Shown here piece by piece: positions 11,570 to 20,166 of a stretch of DNA of 64,000 nt. The DNA is from an uncultured Actinomycetes bacterium. Its GTDB lineage: Bacteria; Chloroflexota; Dormibacteria; Aeolococcales; Aeolococcaceae. The DNA lies in contig CAZUDL010000006.1 in assembly GCA_964618935.1 (NCBI GenBank), positions 71,874-135,873 on the forward strand, given 5' to 3'. Each line of letters begins with the position of its first letter. The first letter of the stretch is position 1. The notes below the pieces were generated by a model, which was given only the letters and a program-made list of their open reading frames with translations, ran no database searches and was not told the origin of the DNA. Made by a program: the position numbers and the translations under genes.

Positions 11570-12307
11570 TCAGGCAGCGTCACCAGCCGTTGCCGACGGT
11601 CTGAGGAACCTCACCGCCCCACCGACGACAAGGGCGGCGGCCAGTGCGACCGACATCCAGACCGGCCAGCCGGCGACCTTGACGGGCACGAGAACCCCCC
11701 CGGCCCCGGGGAAGGTTTGGCTCATGAAGTCCGTGAAGCCCACCACCTTGAGAAGCAGCAGGAGCCCAAGCTCGACAGCCCCGAGGCCGATCCAGACGAG
11801 CGACTCGCCACGGGAGGTGAGCCGCCGGACGTCGAAGGCCCACACCAGCAGGAACATGGCGAGGGCGGCCGCGATGAGCAGGGCCGGACTCGGACCGAAG
11901 GCGAGGAGCACCGCGACGTCCGTGACGGCCACGGCGATGCCGACCGCGGAGGCCCAGGGTCGGACCAGGCGCGGCAACCGTCGCAGGACGAAGAACATCA
12001 CCGCTGCCAGGAGGAGAAGCCCGGGCACGATGCCGAATCCCTCCCACAGCGAACCACCGGGGAACCCCTGGGGGCAGGCGGCAAAATAGTCGATGCACGG
12101 GTCGGCGGCGGTGCACCCCGCGGGAACCAAGTCGGGACAGGTCAGCGCCACCGGCAGGGACCAGGTGCCGACCAACGAGAGGCTCACCAGGGCGGCCAGT
12201 GCGAGGGCGATGATCACGTCGCCATAGGGGAAGCGGAGGAAGGCGTTCTGCCGGGTGGTCCCCGGATTCAGGCGCCGGCCCAAGGCCGGCGATCTCGCGT
12301 CCACCAT
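11570..12307 (-). CDS. paralogous single-copy 4-TM membrane protein (same module as 10028..11365)
   Basis: FPYGDVIIALALAALVSLSLVGTWS...TCPDLVPAGCTAADPCIDYFAACPQG...LWEGFGIVPGLLLLAAVMFFVLRRLPRLVRPW. Shares the LWxGxGxxPxLLLxxxxFFVxRRL core and the Cys-containing first loop. Confidence 0.6.
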   Translation of the reverse strand: MVDARSPALGRRLNPGTTRQNAFLRFPYGDVIIALALAALVSLSLVGTWSLPVALTCPDLVPAGCTAADPCIDYFAACPQGFPGGSLWEGFGIVPGLLLLAAVMFFVLRRLPRLVRPWASAVGIAVAVTDVAVLLAFGPSPALLIAAALAMFLLVWAFDVRRLTSRGESLVWIGLGAVELGLLLLLKVVGFTDFMSQTFPGAGGVLVPVKVAGWPVWMSVALAAALVVGGAVRFLRPSATAGDAA

Positions 12308-12439
12308 GCTGGCAACCCCCGTGGTGATCCGACCATCACCTCATCCCGGGCGCGGTATAGCAGAAGCCGGCGGGCTGTGTCTGCGAAAGTGGGGCGCCGG
12401 GCCGGCGACCCCGCCCCTCGCGTCTGGTAAGCCGCCGCC

Positions 12440-13984
12440 TCAGAGGATGTAGCGGCGCAGATCGTCGTTGCCGATGAGGTCGCGCAGGCGGTCGAGCACC
12501 ATGGCGCGGTCGACGACGACCTTCTGCCCGGTGAAGTCCTCGGCGCGGAACGACACGTCCTCGAGGACCTTCTCCATGATCGTGAACAGCCGGCGCGCGC
12601 CGATGTTCTCGTCCTCCTCGTTGACGCGGTATGCCTGATGGGCCAGCTCGGCGACGCCGTCGTCGGTGAAGGCGAGCTCGACGTCCTCCGTGCCGAGGAG
12701 CGCCTGGTACTGCCGGGTCAGGGCGTTGTTCGGCTCGGTGAGGATGCGGGCCAGGTCGTCCTCGCCCAGCGGGCTCAGCTCCACCCGGATGGGGAAGCGG
12801 CCCTGGAACTCGGGGATCAGGTCGCTCGGCCGAGCCACGTTGAAGGCGCCGGCGGCGATGAAGAGGATGTGCTCGGTCCGCACCGAGCCGTACCGCGTGT
12901 GCACGACCGACCCCTCCAGCAAGGGAAGCAGGTCGCGCTGCACGCCCTCGCCGCTCACGTCGGGGCCGCGATCCGGGGCGGGGCCGCAGATCTTGTCCAC
13001 CTCGTCCATGAAGACGATGCCCGCCTCCTCGACGTCCGCGATGGCGTCGTCGTACACGCGGTCCATGTCGATGAGCCGGTCGGTCTCCTCCTCGGTGAGG
13101 GCGGACCGGGCGTCGGCCACCGTCATGCGCTTCGACCGCTTCCTCGCCGGCGCCATCTGGGAGAAGAAGTCGGAGAGCGAGTAGCCGACCTCCTCGAGGC
13201 CGGTCCCGGTCAGCCCCTCGAAGGGCGGCTGGTACGGTTCGTCGACCTCGACCTCGATGTAGCGGTCCTCGAGCTGCTTGGCGCGCAGCCGGAGCGCGAG
13301 ACGGCGGCGCAGGCGCGCACGCTGGCGTTCGCGTCCGCCGCGGCCGGGGCCCGCCGCGGACGCCGCATCCGGCGGGCCCTCACCCACCGCGTCCGATACC
13401 GGCGACGCCTGCTGGCCGTCCGGGGCTCCTGCCACCGGCACGCTGGGCATCTCCGCCTCGAGGAGGATGTCGAGGATGCGGCTCTCCGCGACCTCCTGCG
13501 CCGTCTGCTCCACCTCGGAGATCCGCTCGTTCTGAACCTCGGTGATGGTCTGCTCCAGCAGGTCGCGGACGATGGCCTCGACGTCGCGCCCGACATAGCC
13601 CACCTCGGTGAACTTGGTCGCCTCGACCTTGATGAAGGGGGACGAGGTCAGCTTGGCGAGGCGGCGGGCGATCTCCGTCTTGCCCACACCGGTGGGACCG
13701 ATCATGAGGATGTTCTTGGGCAGGACCTCCTGGCGCAGCTCGTCGCTCAGGCGCCGGCGGCGCACCCGGTTGCGCAGGGCGATGGCGACCGAGCGCTTCG
13801 CCCCGGCCTGCCCGATGATGTAGGCGTCGAGGTGGCGCACGATCTCGCTGGGGCGCAGGTCATCGGCGTCCGCCGCCGCCGCCCCGTCTCCGGTCGCCTC
13901 CGGGGGCGCCGGCTCCGTGGCCCCGGACGGGTCGACCCTCTCCTGCTCTCCGCCGACCGGCGTGCTCACCGTCCCCACCGTCAC
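12440..13984 (-). CDS. hslU: ATP-dependent protease ATPase subunit HslU (CodX-like)
   Basis: [26 protein letters not shown]...[21 protein letters not shown] (Walker A)...[11 protein letters not shown] (Walker B)...RFPIRVEL. Putative GTG start overlaps hslV stop (GTGA). ~45-aa N-terminal extension and a basic insertion in the I-domain. The 900-aa ORF 12440..15142 is an artefact. Confidence 0.85.
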   Translation of the reverse strand: MTVGTVSTPVGGEQERVDPSGATEPAPPEATGDGAAAADADDLRPSEIVRHLDAYIIGQAGAKRSVAIALRNRVRRRRLSDELRQEVLPKNILMIGPTGVGKTEIARRLAKLTSSPFIKVEATKFTEVGYVGRDVEAIVRDLLEQTITEVQNERISEVEQTAQEVAESRILDILLEAEMPSVPVAGAPDGQQASPVSDAVGEGPPDAASAAGPGRGGRERQRARLRRRLALRLRAKQLEDRYIEVEVDEPYQPPFEGLTGTGLEEVGYSLSDFFSQMAPARKRSKRMTVADARSALTEEETDRLIDMDRVYDDAIADVEEAGIVFMDEVDKICGPAPDRGPDVSGEGVQRDLLPLLEGSVVHTRYGSVRTEHILFIAAGAFNVARPSDLIPEFQGRFPIRVELSPLGEDDLARILTEPNNALTRQYQALLGTEDVELAFTDDGVAELAHQAYRVNEEDENIGARRLFTIMEKVLEDVSFRAEDFTGQKVVVDRAMVLDRLRDLIGNDDLRRYIL

Positions 13985-14547
13985 GCCGGCGCCTCCTCGG
14001 GAGCCACCGTGGAGAGCGTCTCCACGATGATCTGGTCGTTGGTGTAGATGCACAGCGTGGCGGCGATCTCGAGAGCGCGCCTCGCCACCTCGGCCGCCCC
14101 GAGGTCGGTGTTCTGCAGCAGCGCCTTGGCCGCCGCCTGCGCGTAGGGGCCGCCGCTGCCGATGGCGGCGACGTCGTCGTCGGGCTCGATGATCTCGCCC
14201 TCCCCCGACAGCAGCAGCAGCTGGTCGCGGCTGGCCACCACCAGCATCGCCTCGAGGTGGCGGAGGTACTTGTCGGTGCGCCACTCCTTGGCCAGCGAGA
14301 CCGAGGCACGCAGGAGGTTCCCCTGGTGGCGGTCGAGGTGCTGCTCGAACTTGTCGAAGAGGGTCAGCGCGTCGGCGACGGCGCCAGCGAAACCGGCCAG
14401 CACGGTGTCGTGGTGAAGGCGCCGCACCTTCTGGGCGCTGTGCTTCATGACCACGTCGCCCACGGTGACCTGCCCGTCGCCGGCGATGGCCACCGTGTCG
14501 CCGCGGCGCACTCCGAGGATGGTGGTGGCGTGGGGCCTGCGGTTCAT
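13981..14547 (-). CDS. hslV: ATP-dependent protease subunit HslV (CodW-like, with 7-aa propeptide)
   Basis: [28 protein letters not shown]...[15 protein letters not shown]. The catalytic Thr follows MNRRPHA, like B. subtilis CodW. ATG overlaps topA stop (ATGA). Confidence 0.85.
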   Translation of the reverse strand: MNRRPHATTILGVRRGDTVAIAGDGQVTVGDVVMKHSAQKVRRLHHDTVLAGFAGAVADALTLFDKFEQHLDRHQGNLLRASVSLAKEWRTDKYLRHLEAMLVVASRDQLLLLSGEGEIIEPDDDVAAIGSGGPYAQAAAKALLQNTDLGAAEVARRALEIAATLCIYTNDQIIVETLSTVAPEEAPA

Positions 14548-16976
14548 GACGCCCTCGAGCGTGCCGGCGCCGGCGACGCCTTGGGCGGCCGGTACTTGCA
14601 TCCCGGGTAGCCGCTGCAGCTGACGAACGGGCCGAAGCGACCCTGGCGCCGGACCAGCGGCTTGCCGCAGTCCGGGCAGGCCTCCCCGGTCGGCTCGGCG
14701 GCAGCGGCGGTGGATGCACCGCCGCTGCGCGGCTGGATGTACTTGCAGCCCGGGTAGCCGGTGCAGCCCACGAAGCTGCCGCGGCGGCTGTCCTTGCGGG
14801 CCAGCGGCTTGCCGCACTCGGGGCAGGCGCCCAGCGCCTCGGACGGGCCCGTGGCGGAGCTCCCCTCCGCACCGGTCGAGGCAGGTGCGGCCGCGGCGGG
14901 AAGGTCTCGGATGAAGCGGCACTTGGGATAGCCGCTGCAGCCGACGAAGGGGCCGCGCCGCCCCTCGCGCTGGACGAGCGGCTTGCCGCACTGGGGGCAG
15001 ACCTCGCCGGTGACGACGGCGGTCGACACCTTCTTGTCCTTGATGTAGCTGCACTCCGGATAGCGGGAGCAGCCGACGAACTCCCCGAAGCGCCCCTGCC
15101 GGAGCACCAGCTCGCCGACGCCGCACTCGGGGCACTTCTCACCGGTCGGCTTGGCGGGCACCTTGACCCTCTGCATCGTGGCCTCCGCCCTGACGACGGT
15201 CGCGTCGAAGGGCGTGTACCAGTCCCTCACCGTGGGTTCGTACTTGCGCGTCCCGCCCTCGATGCCGTCGAGACGGCGCTCCAGGTCGGCGGTGAAGTCG
15301 ACGTCCACGATCTCCGGGAAGTGCTCGCGGAGCAGGCCGTCCACCGTCTTGCCCAGCTCGGTGGGCTGCAGGCGCCGCTCCTCCTGGCGGACGTAGGCGC
15401 GTTCCTGGATCACCTCGATGGTGGGGGCGTACGTGGACGGCCGGCCGATGCCCCTCTCCTCCATCTCCTTGATCAGGGACGCCTCCGTGTAGCGCGAGGG
15501 CGGCTGGGTGAAGTGCTGCTCCGCCACCATCTCGACACAGGCGAGCCGGTCACCGGCGGCGAGCGCCGGGAGCTGGCCCTCCTTGTCCTTCTCCTCCTCG
15601 CGCTTCCAGACCCGCTGGAAACCGTCGAAGAGCAGCACCGACCCGGTGGCCCGGAACAGATAGTCGCCACTGGCGATGGCCGCCCTGGTGTTGAGGAAGC
15701 GGGCCGCCGCCATCTGGCTGCTGACGAAGCGCCGCCAGATCAGGTCGTAGAGGCGCGCCTGCTCCCTCGAGAGCTGCCCCTCGAGCTGGTCCGGGGTCCG
15801 GCTCACGTCGGTGGGGCGGATCGCCTCGTGGGCGTCCTGGACGTTCTGCCCCTGGCGCTGGCGGCGCTGGCCCGCATGCACGTACTGCTTGCCGAAGCTC
15901 GCGGTGATGTGCCGCGCGGCCTCCTCCCGGGCCTGATCGCTGATGCGGGTCGAGTCGGTGCGCATGTAGGTGATCAGTCCGACGGGGCCGGAGCTGCCCA
16001 GGTCCACGCCTTCGTACAGCTCCTGGGCGATGGACATCGTCCGGCGCGGCGAGAAGCGCAGCCTGGTGCTCGCGTCCTGCTGCAGGGTGCTGGTGGTGTG
16101 CGGGAAGGGCGCCGAGCGCATCGTCTCGCTGGTCTCGACGGCCTCCACCTCGAAGGGCGGATCGTCGACCTTGCGGTGCCCGGTCTCGTCGAAGCGGAGG
16201 GCGCGAAGCACCTCGAATGCCTCCGCCTGGGTGGGCAGCTCGAGCCTGTCGCCCTTGCCCCCGGTGTCGTCGGCGGCGGCTCCCTTCGCCGTGCGGCGGC
16301 GCGGCGCCACGGCGGCCCTCTCCTCGGCCGGCACGGCGCCACGGCGTCCCTGGAGACGAGCCGTGAAGCGGCTGTCCCCCTTCTCCAAGACCGCGTCGAG
16401 GCTCCACGACTCGACCGGCACGAAGGCGTCGATCTCGTTCTCCCGGTCGACGACGAGCCGCACCGCCACCGACTGGACCCGGCCGGCCGACAGGCCGGTC
16501 CGCACCTTGCGCCAGAGAAGCGGGCTCAGCCGGTAGCCGACCAGGCGGTCGATGACGCGCCGCGCCTCCTGGGCATAGACGAGGTTCCGGTCGATCTTCC
16601 GGGGGTTCTTGAGAGCGGCCTCGACGGCGCTCTTGGTGATCTCGTGGACGACGATCCGATCGGGATCGGAGAGCTTGAGGGCTTCGGCGATGTGCCAGGC
16701 GATCGCCTCCCCCTCACGGTCCGGGTCGGCCGCCAGGTAGACCTGCTCGGCGCGCTTGGCGGCGTCGCGCAGCTCCTTGATCTGCTTCTCCTTGCCCCGG
16801 ATCACCCCGTACTCGGGCTCGAAACCGCGCTCGACGTCCACCCCCATCTTCGACTTGGGGAGGTCGCGGACATGACCCATCGAGGCCTTCACGGTGTACC
16901 CGGCACCCAGGAACTTGGCGAGGGTTCGGGCCTTGCTGGGGGACTCGACGATGATCAGGTGGTTGGGCATGGGCAT
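14544..16976 (-). CDS. topA: DNA topoisomerase I with C-terminal C4 zinc-ribbon repeats
   Basis: [24 protein letters not shown] (Toprim)...active-site region ...[13 protein letters not shown]...four C-terminal CPxCG...C zinc ribbons ([37 protein letters not shown]). Confidence 0.9.
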   Translation of the reverse strand: MPMPNHLIIVESPSKARTLAKFLGAGYTVKASMGHVRDLPKSKMGVDVERGFEPEYGVIRGKEKQIKELRDAAKRAEQVYLAADPDREGEAIAWHIAEALKLSDPDRIVVHEITKSAVEAALKNPRKIDRNLVYAQEARRVIDRLVGYRLSPLLWRKVRTGLSAGRVQSVAVRLVVDRENEIDAFVPVESWSLDAVLEKGDSRFTARLQGRRGAVPAEERAAVAPRRRTAKGAAADDTGGKGDRLELPTQAEAFEVLRALRFDETGHRKVDDPPFEVEAVETSETMRSAPFPHTTSTLQQDASTRLRFSPRRTMSIAQELYEGVDLGSSGPVGLITYMRTDSTRISDQAREEAARHITASFGKQYVHAGQRRQRQGQNVQDAHEAIRPTDVSRTPDQLEGQLSREQARLYDLIWRRFVSSQMAAARFLNTRAAIASGDYLFRATGSVLLFDGFQRVWKREEEKDKEGQLPALAAGDRLACVEMVAEQHFTQPPSRYTEASLIKEMEERGIGRPSTYAPTIEVIQERAYVRQEERRLQPTELGKTVDGLLREHFPEIVDVDFTADLERRLDGIEGGTRKYEPTVRDWYTPFDATVVRAEATMQRVKVPAKPTGEKCPECGVGELVLRQGRFGEFVGCSRYPECSYIKDKKVSTAVVTGEVCPQCGKPLVQREGRRGPFVGCSGYPKCRFIRDLPAAAAPASTGAEGSSATGPSEALGACPECGKPLARKDSRRGSFVGCTGYPGCKYIQPRSGGASTAAAAEPTGEACPDCGKPLVRRQGRFGPFVSCSGYPGCKYRPPKASPAPARSRAS

Positions 16977-17267
16977 CCTGTGAGGGGGCGATCCGGCCCG
17001 CCGGAGGTTCCGGAGGCCGGGCGATGATAGCAACGGCCTTCCACTCGGGCCGGGAGTCACCGCCCACTGTAGCCCCGATCATCACCACGGGAGGCCCCGG
17101 GTCAAACCTCCGCGCGGCTCGCGCCGTCCCCCGCCCGTTCCGGGCGGCGGGCGCGACGGCCCTCCCGGGCTCCCCCGCCAAGGACCGCGGCAGCCTCTCA
17201 GCCAGGCCTCAGCCCCCTCTCAGACTCCTCTCAGCGGTGCGCCCACACCCGGCCCTAGCCTTGAGCC

Positions 17268-18716
17268 ATGACCTCCCCCTCGCAGACCCACGGCTGGGCC
17301 CAGCGTTGCAGCAGATGCGGGCGAGGTGTCGCGATGCTCGTCCTCGGCTGGGCGCTGGGGGGCGGCGCCAACGCCTCCATCGTCCTGGATTCCCTGGCAC
17401 AGGCGGTGACCTGCCGGAGGACCGCCGCCCCGCTGCGGCCCACCGGCCCCGCCACCCCGGTCTGGCGCCGCGTCGCCGGATTGGGCACCGTTCTCGGAAC
17501 CCTCGCCCTGGCGGGCTGCGGAGTGACCGCGACCGCCTCCGTCCAGGCGATCTCCGGCGCCCAGGCCACCTCGCCGGCGCAGGCGGCAGGCTCCGTCCCC
17601 GCCCAGTACCAATCGCAGTACGCCACCATCGCTTCCCAGACCCAGGCCTTCCAGGCCATGGCCGGAGGCCCGGCGAGCGCCAGCTCGACGACCGTCGGCG
17701 TGGAGCTTCTCGCCGCCAACGGCAACGTCGGGGCAGGTCTGCTCACCTCCCACGCCATCTCCGGCGTCGAGTCCGAGCTGAACGCCGACCAGTCCCTCGG
17801 CATCCAGGGGGTGACCGTGTGCGTCTCGTTCCCCCTGCTGCTCCCCACCACCCCGGACAGCTCCGGGTACCTGAGCTTCTACGAGCAGGTCGCCCAGCAG
17901 GTCCGCGCCCGGGGAATGGTCCTCTCCGTCGAGGAGAACCCCATCTTCGCCGGCACCCCGCTCACCTCGCTCCCCATCAGCTACGCGGGGCTGACCCTCT
18001 CCTCCTACGCCGCCGAGGAGCAGCAGCAGGCCCAGATCATCATCGATGACATGCAGCCCGAGTACCTGTCGCTGCTCACCGAGCCCGACACCTACACGAG
18101 CGTCCTCCACATCGTCCTCGACACGCCGGCGGCGGCGGCCCAGGTGGTGACCGACGAGCTGACCGGCCTGAACCGGGGGACCACCCGGGTCGGCGCCGGC
18201 GCGGGCACCTGGTCGAGCCCGGCGATCGACCAGGCTCTGCTGACCACCTCCATCGACTATCTGGACGTCCACGTCTACCCGGAGGCGCCCGCCGACCTCG
18301 CCAACCTGGCCAGCGACGTCTCCGCCGCCAAGGCGGTCGGGAAGCCCCTGGTCATGGACGAGACCTGGCTCTACAAGGACTACTCCGACGGGAGCTTCAC
18401 CGCCGCCGGCACGTCCGAGCCCGGGGTGGACGGCGCCCCCAACGAGATGAAGGATGTCAGCTTCAGCTTCTGGCAGCCCCTCGACCAGACCTACGTCGCG
18501 GCGGTGGTCGACTACGTGCGGGCGGAGGGCTTCTCCTACGTGGCCTTCTTCGACGGATCGCGCTGCTTCTTCGGCTACCTGACCTGGTCGCCCACGCTGC
18601 AGTCGGCCTCGTACCAGACGTTCTCGCAGCAGTACAACCAGCTGGTTTCGGCCGACTTCGCCAGCCTCACCGTCTCCGGCACGGGGAACACCCTGCGCCA
18701 GGCGATCGCCGGGTAG
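17268..18716 (+). CDS. secreted lipoprotein, putative clan GH-A (GH5-like) glycoside hydrolase; start codon uncertain
   Basis: Lipobox LGTLALAGC preceded by WRRVAGLG. Candidate catalytic motifs VLSVEENPIF (acid/base) and LVMDETWLY (nucleophile) in a TIM-barrel-like sequence. An alternative start at ATG 17334 (MLVLGW...) is possible. Confidence 0.5.
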   Translation: MTSPSQTHGWAQRCSRCGRGVAMLVLGWALGGGANASIVLDSLAQAVTCRRTAAPLRPTGPATPVWRRVAGLGTVLGTLALAGCGVTATASVQAISGAQATSPAQAAGSVPAQYQSQYATIASQTQAFQAMAGGPASASSTTVGVELLAANGNVGAGLLTSHAISGVESELNADQSLGIQGVTVCVSFPLLLPTTPDSSGYLSFYEQVAQQVRARGMVLSVEENPIFAGTPLTSLPISYAGLTLSSYAAEEQQQAQIIIDDMQPEYLSLLTEPDTYTSVLHIVLDTPAAAAQVVTDELTGLNRGTTRVGAGAGTWSSPAIDQALLTTSIDYLDVHVYPEAPADLANLASDVSAAKAVGKPLVMDETWLYKDYSDGSFTAAGTSEPGVDGAPNEMKDVSFSFWQPLDQTYVAAVVDYVRAEGFSYVAFFDGSRCFFGYLTWSPTLQSASYQTFSQQYNQLVSADFASLTVSGTGNTLRQAIAG

Positions 18717-18776
18717 CGCCGCCGGCGGGCGGCGCTCCCGCCGGGCGGGCGAGGCGTGGCCCGCCGCTCAGGTCTG

Positions 18777-19046
18777 TCAGCGCTCGACCCGGAGCGCGGG
18801 ATGGCCGCGCCACGCCGGCATGGAGCTCATGTACTCGCGGGTGGCCCGTTCGGCGGAGAGGCGGTCGAGGCCGTCCTTGCGCATCGACCACTGGGTCATC
18901 CTCTCGAAGCGCTCCTCGAAGGGCTGCAACTCGCCGCTCTCCGTGGTGCAGTGCGTGCAGTAGGGGATGGCGGCGTCGCCCCGGGCATGATCCGCCGCCG
19001 ACGTCAGGGGCATGCCGCAACTCAGACAGCTGGTCACCGCGCTCAT
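18777..19046 (-). CDS. small zinc-ribbon protein (CxxC...CxxC)
   Basis: MSAVTSCLSCGMPLTS...IPYCTHCTTESGELQPFEERFERMTQW. 89 aa. ATG overlaps marR stop (ATGA), so likely co-transcribed with marR. Confidence 0.5.
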   Translation of the reverse strand: MSAVTSCLSCGMPLTSAADHARGDAAIPYCTHCTTESGELQPFEERFERMTQWSMRKDGLDRLSAERATREYMSSMPAWRGHPALRVER

Positions 19047-19534
19047 GAGACCTCCTCCTCGTGGTGGACTGTTGGCGTGTCGGCGGCGGCCCGGAGCAGG
19101 TCGCCGAGACCCTTGATGAGGGCCATCCGCGTGGCCGCCGGCAGAGCGGCAACGGCGCGGAGGAAGCGATCGTCGACGGCCTGGCCGGCCAGTGCCAGGA
19201 GCTGCTGGCGGCCGCCGTCGGTGAGCCAGACGAACACCCTCCGCTGGTCCCGGCCGTCGCGCATCCGCTCGACGAGCCCCTTGGCCTCGAGGCGCTGGAC
19301 CACCTCGCTGGCGGTGGCGCGGCTGATGCCGAGATGGCTGGCCTGCTCCCCAACGGTGAGCGGCCCCGACGCGGCCAGATGGCGCAGGAAGGCAAGCATC
19401 CGCGGCGTCACCGAGGAGCCGCTGATGGCCTGCCGGGGCTCCTGGAACCGGCGCCACATCTCCCCGTAGAGGCGGGAGATCTCGGCGCCGTCGCGGACGG
19501 CCTCGGGGCTGGCCGCGCCACCGGCTGTGATCAT
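19043..19534 (-). CDS. MarR-family transcriptional regulator
   Basis: winged-HTH: LTVGEQASHLGISRATASEVVQRLEAKGLVERMRDGRDQRRVFVWLTDGG. 163 aa. Confidence 0.75.
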   Translation of the reverse strand: MITAGGAASPEAVRDGAEISRLYGEMWRRFQEPRQAISGSSVTPRMLAFLRHLAASGPLTVGEQASHLGISRATASEVVQRLEAKGLVERMRDGRDQRRVFVWLTDGGRQQLLALAGQAVDDRFLRAVAALPAATRMALIKGLGDLLRAAADTPTVHHEEEVS

Positions 19535-19576
19535 CCCGGCTCCGATCGTCCGGCCCCGGCGCCGTTGCCGATGTTC

Positions 19577-19601
19577 TTCGTGACGAACATTTCGTCACGA
19601 A
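19577..19601. promoter_or_regulatory. perfect 11-bp inverted repeat TTCGTGACGAA-cat-TTCGTCACGAA ~45 bp upstream of the marR start; candidate MarR autoregulatory operator
   Basis: Seen directly in sequence at 19577-19601, in the lower-GC segment between marR and the GGDEF gene. Confidence 0.4.
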
Positions 19602-20166
19602 TTATATGCGGGATGCCGCCCCTGTCAAGAGATTGGGATGGATGGCATCGTGATCACGGTCACGGTGGGCAGACCGAGGTTCTCTGCAGGGTGCAATCCC
19701 GATCCGGCCAGCTCCGCGCGAGGGCCGGACCCGTCAGCCGCCTCATGGCTCGGGCGACGGCACGGTCCTGCTCCTGCCCCACCACGGCGACTCCTGCCGC
19801 ACGGAGTGCATTAGCAGGCTGAGGTCGGCCGATGTCCCATGCGGGTGTGCCGGCATACGGCGCATCGAAGTCCCCCTGCCTCCGTCGGATGGGCCCCCGC
19901 CCCACCGTCGAGCCCGACCCACCGTCGTCGGAGTATCAACGGCCTTCACCTTGAGCTTCGGGTATCCCGCCCGATTCCCACGACGCCCTGTCCGGCGGGT
20001 GCGCCAGGAGCTTGGACGCCCACTTGGTCTGCATGGGCACCCCTGGAGGCCGAGCTTCCGCGCCGCACCGGACGGTTCCGTTCACACGACTGTGACCGGG
20101 GCGTGATCTCGATCCGCCAAGCGCTTCCATACGATCGGATCGGGGACAGAGAGTTGAGGGAAGAGG

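Noticed and set aside
10136-12430. 764-aa plus-strand ORF
   Set aside because: Antisense to the two membrane-protein genes. Low-complexity Arg/Gly/Asp-rich.
12440-15142. 900-aa minus-strand ORF
   Set aside because: Only the C-terminal 514 aa is HslU. The upstream part overlaps hslV and topA in other frames and lacks motifs.
15321-17027. 568-aa plus-strand ORF
   Set aside because: Antisense to topA.
19600-20166. c-di-GMP (GEMM) riboswitch upstream of the GGDEF-EAL gene
   Set aside because: Conserved GEMM core sequences (e.g. ACGCAAAGC) are absent.
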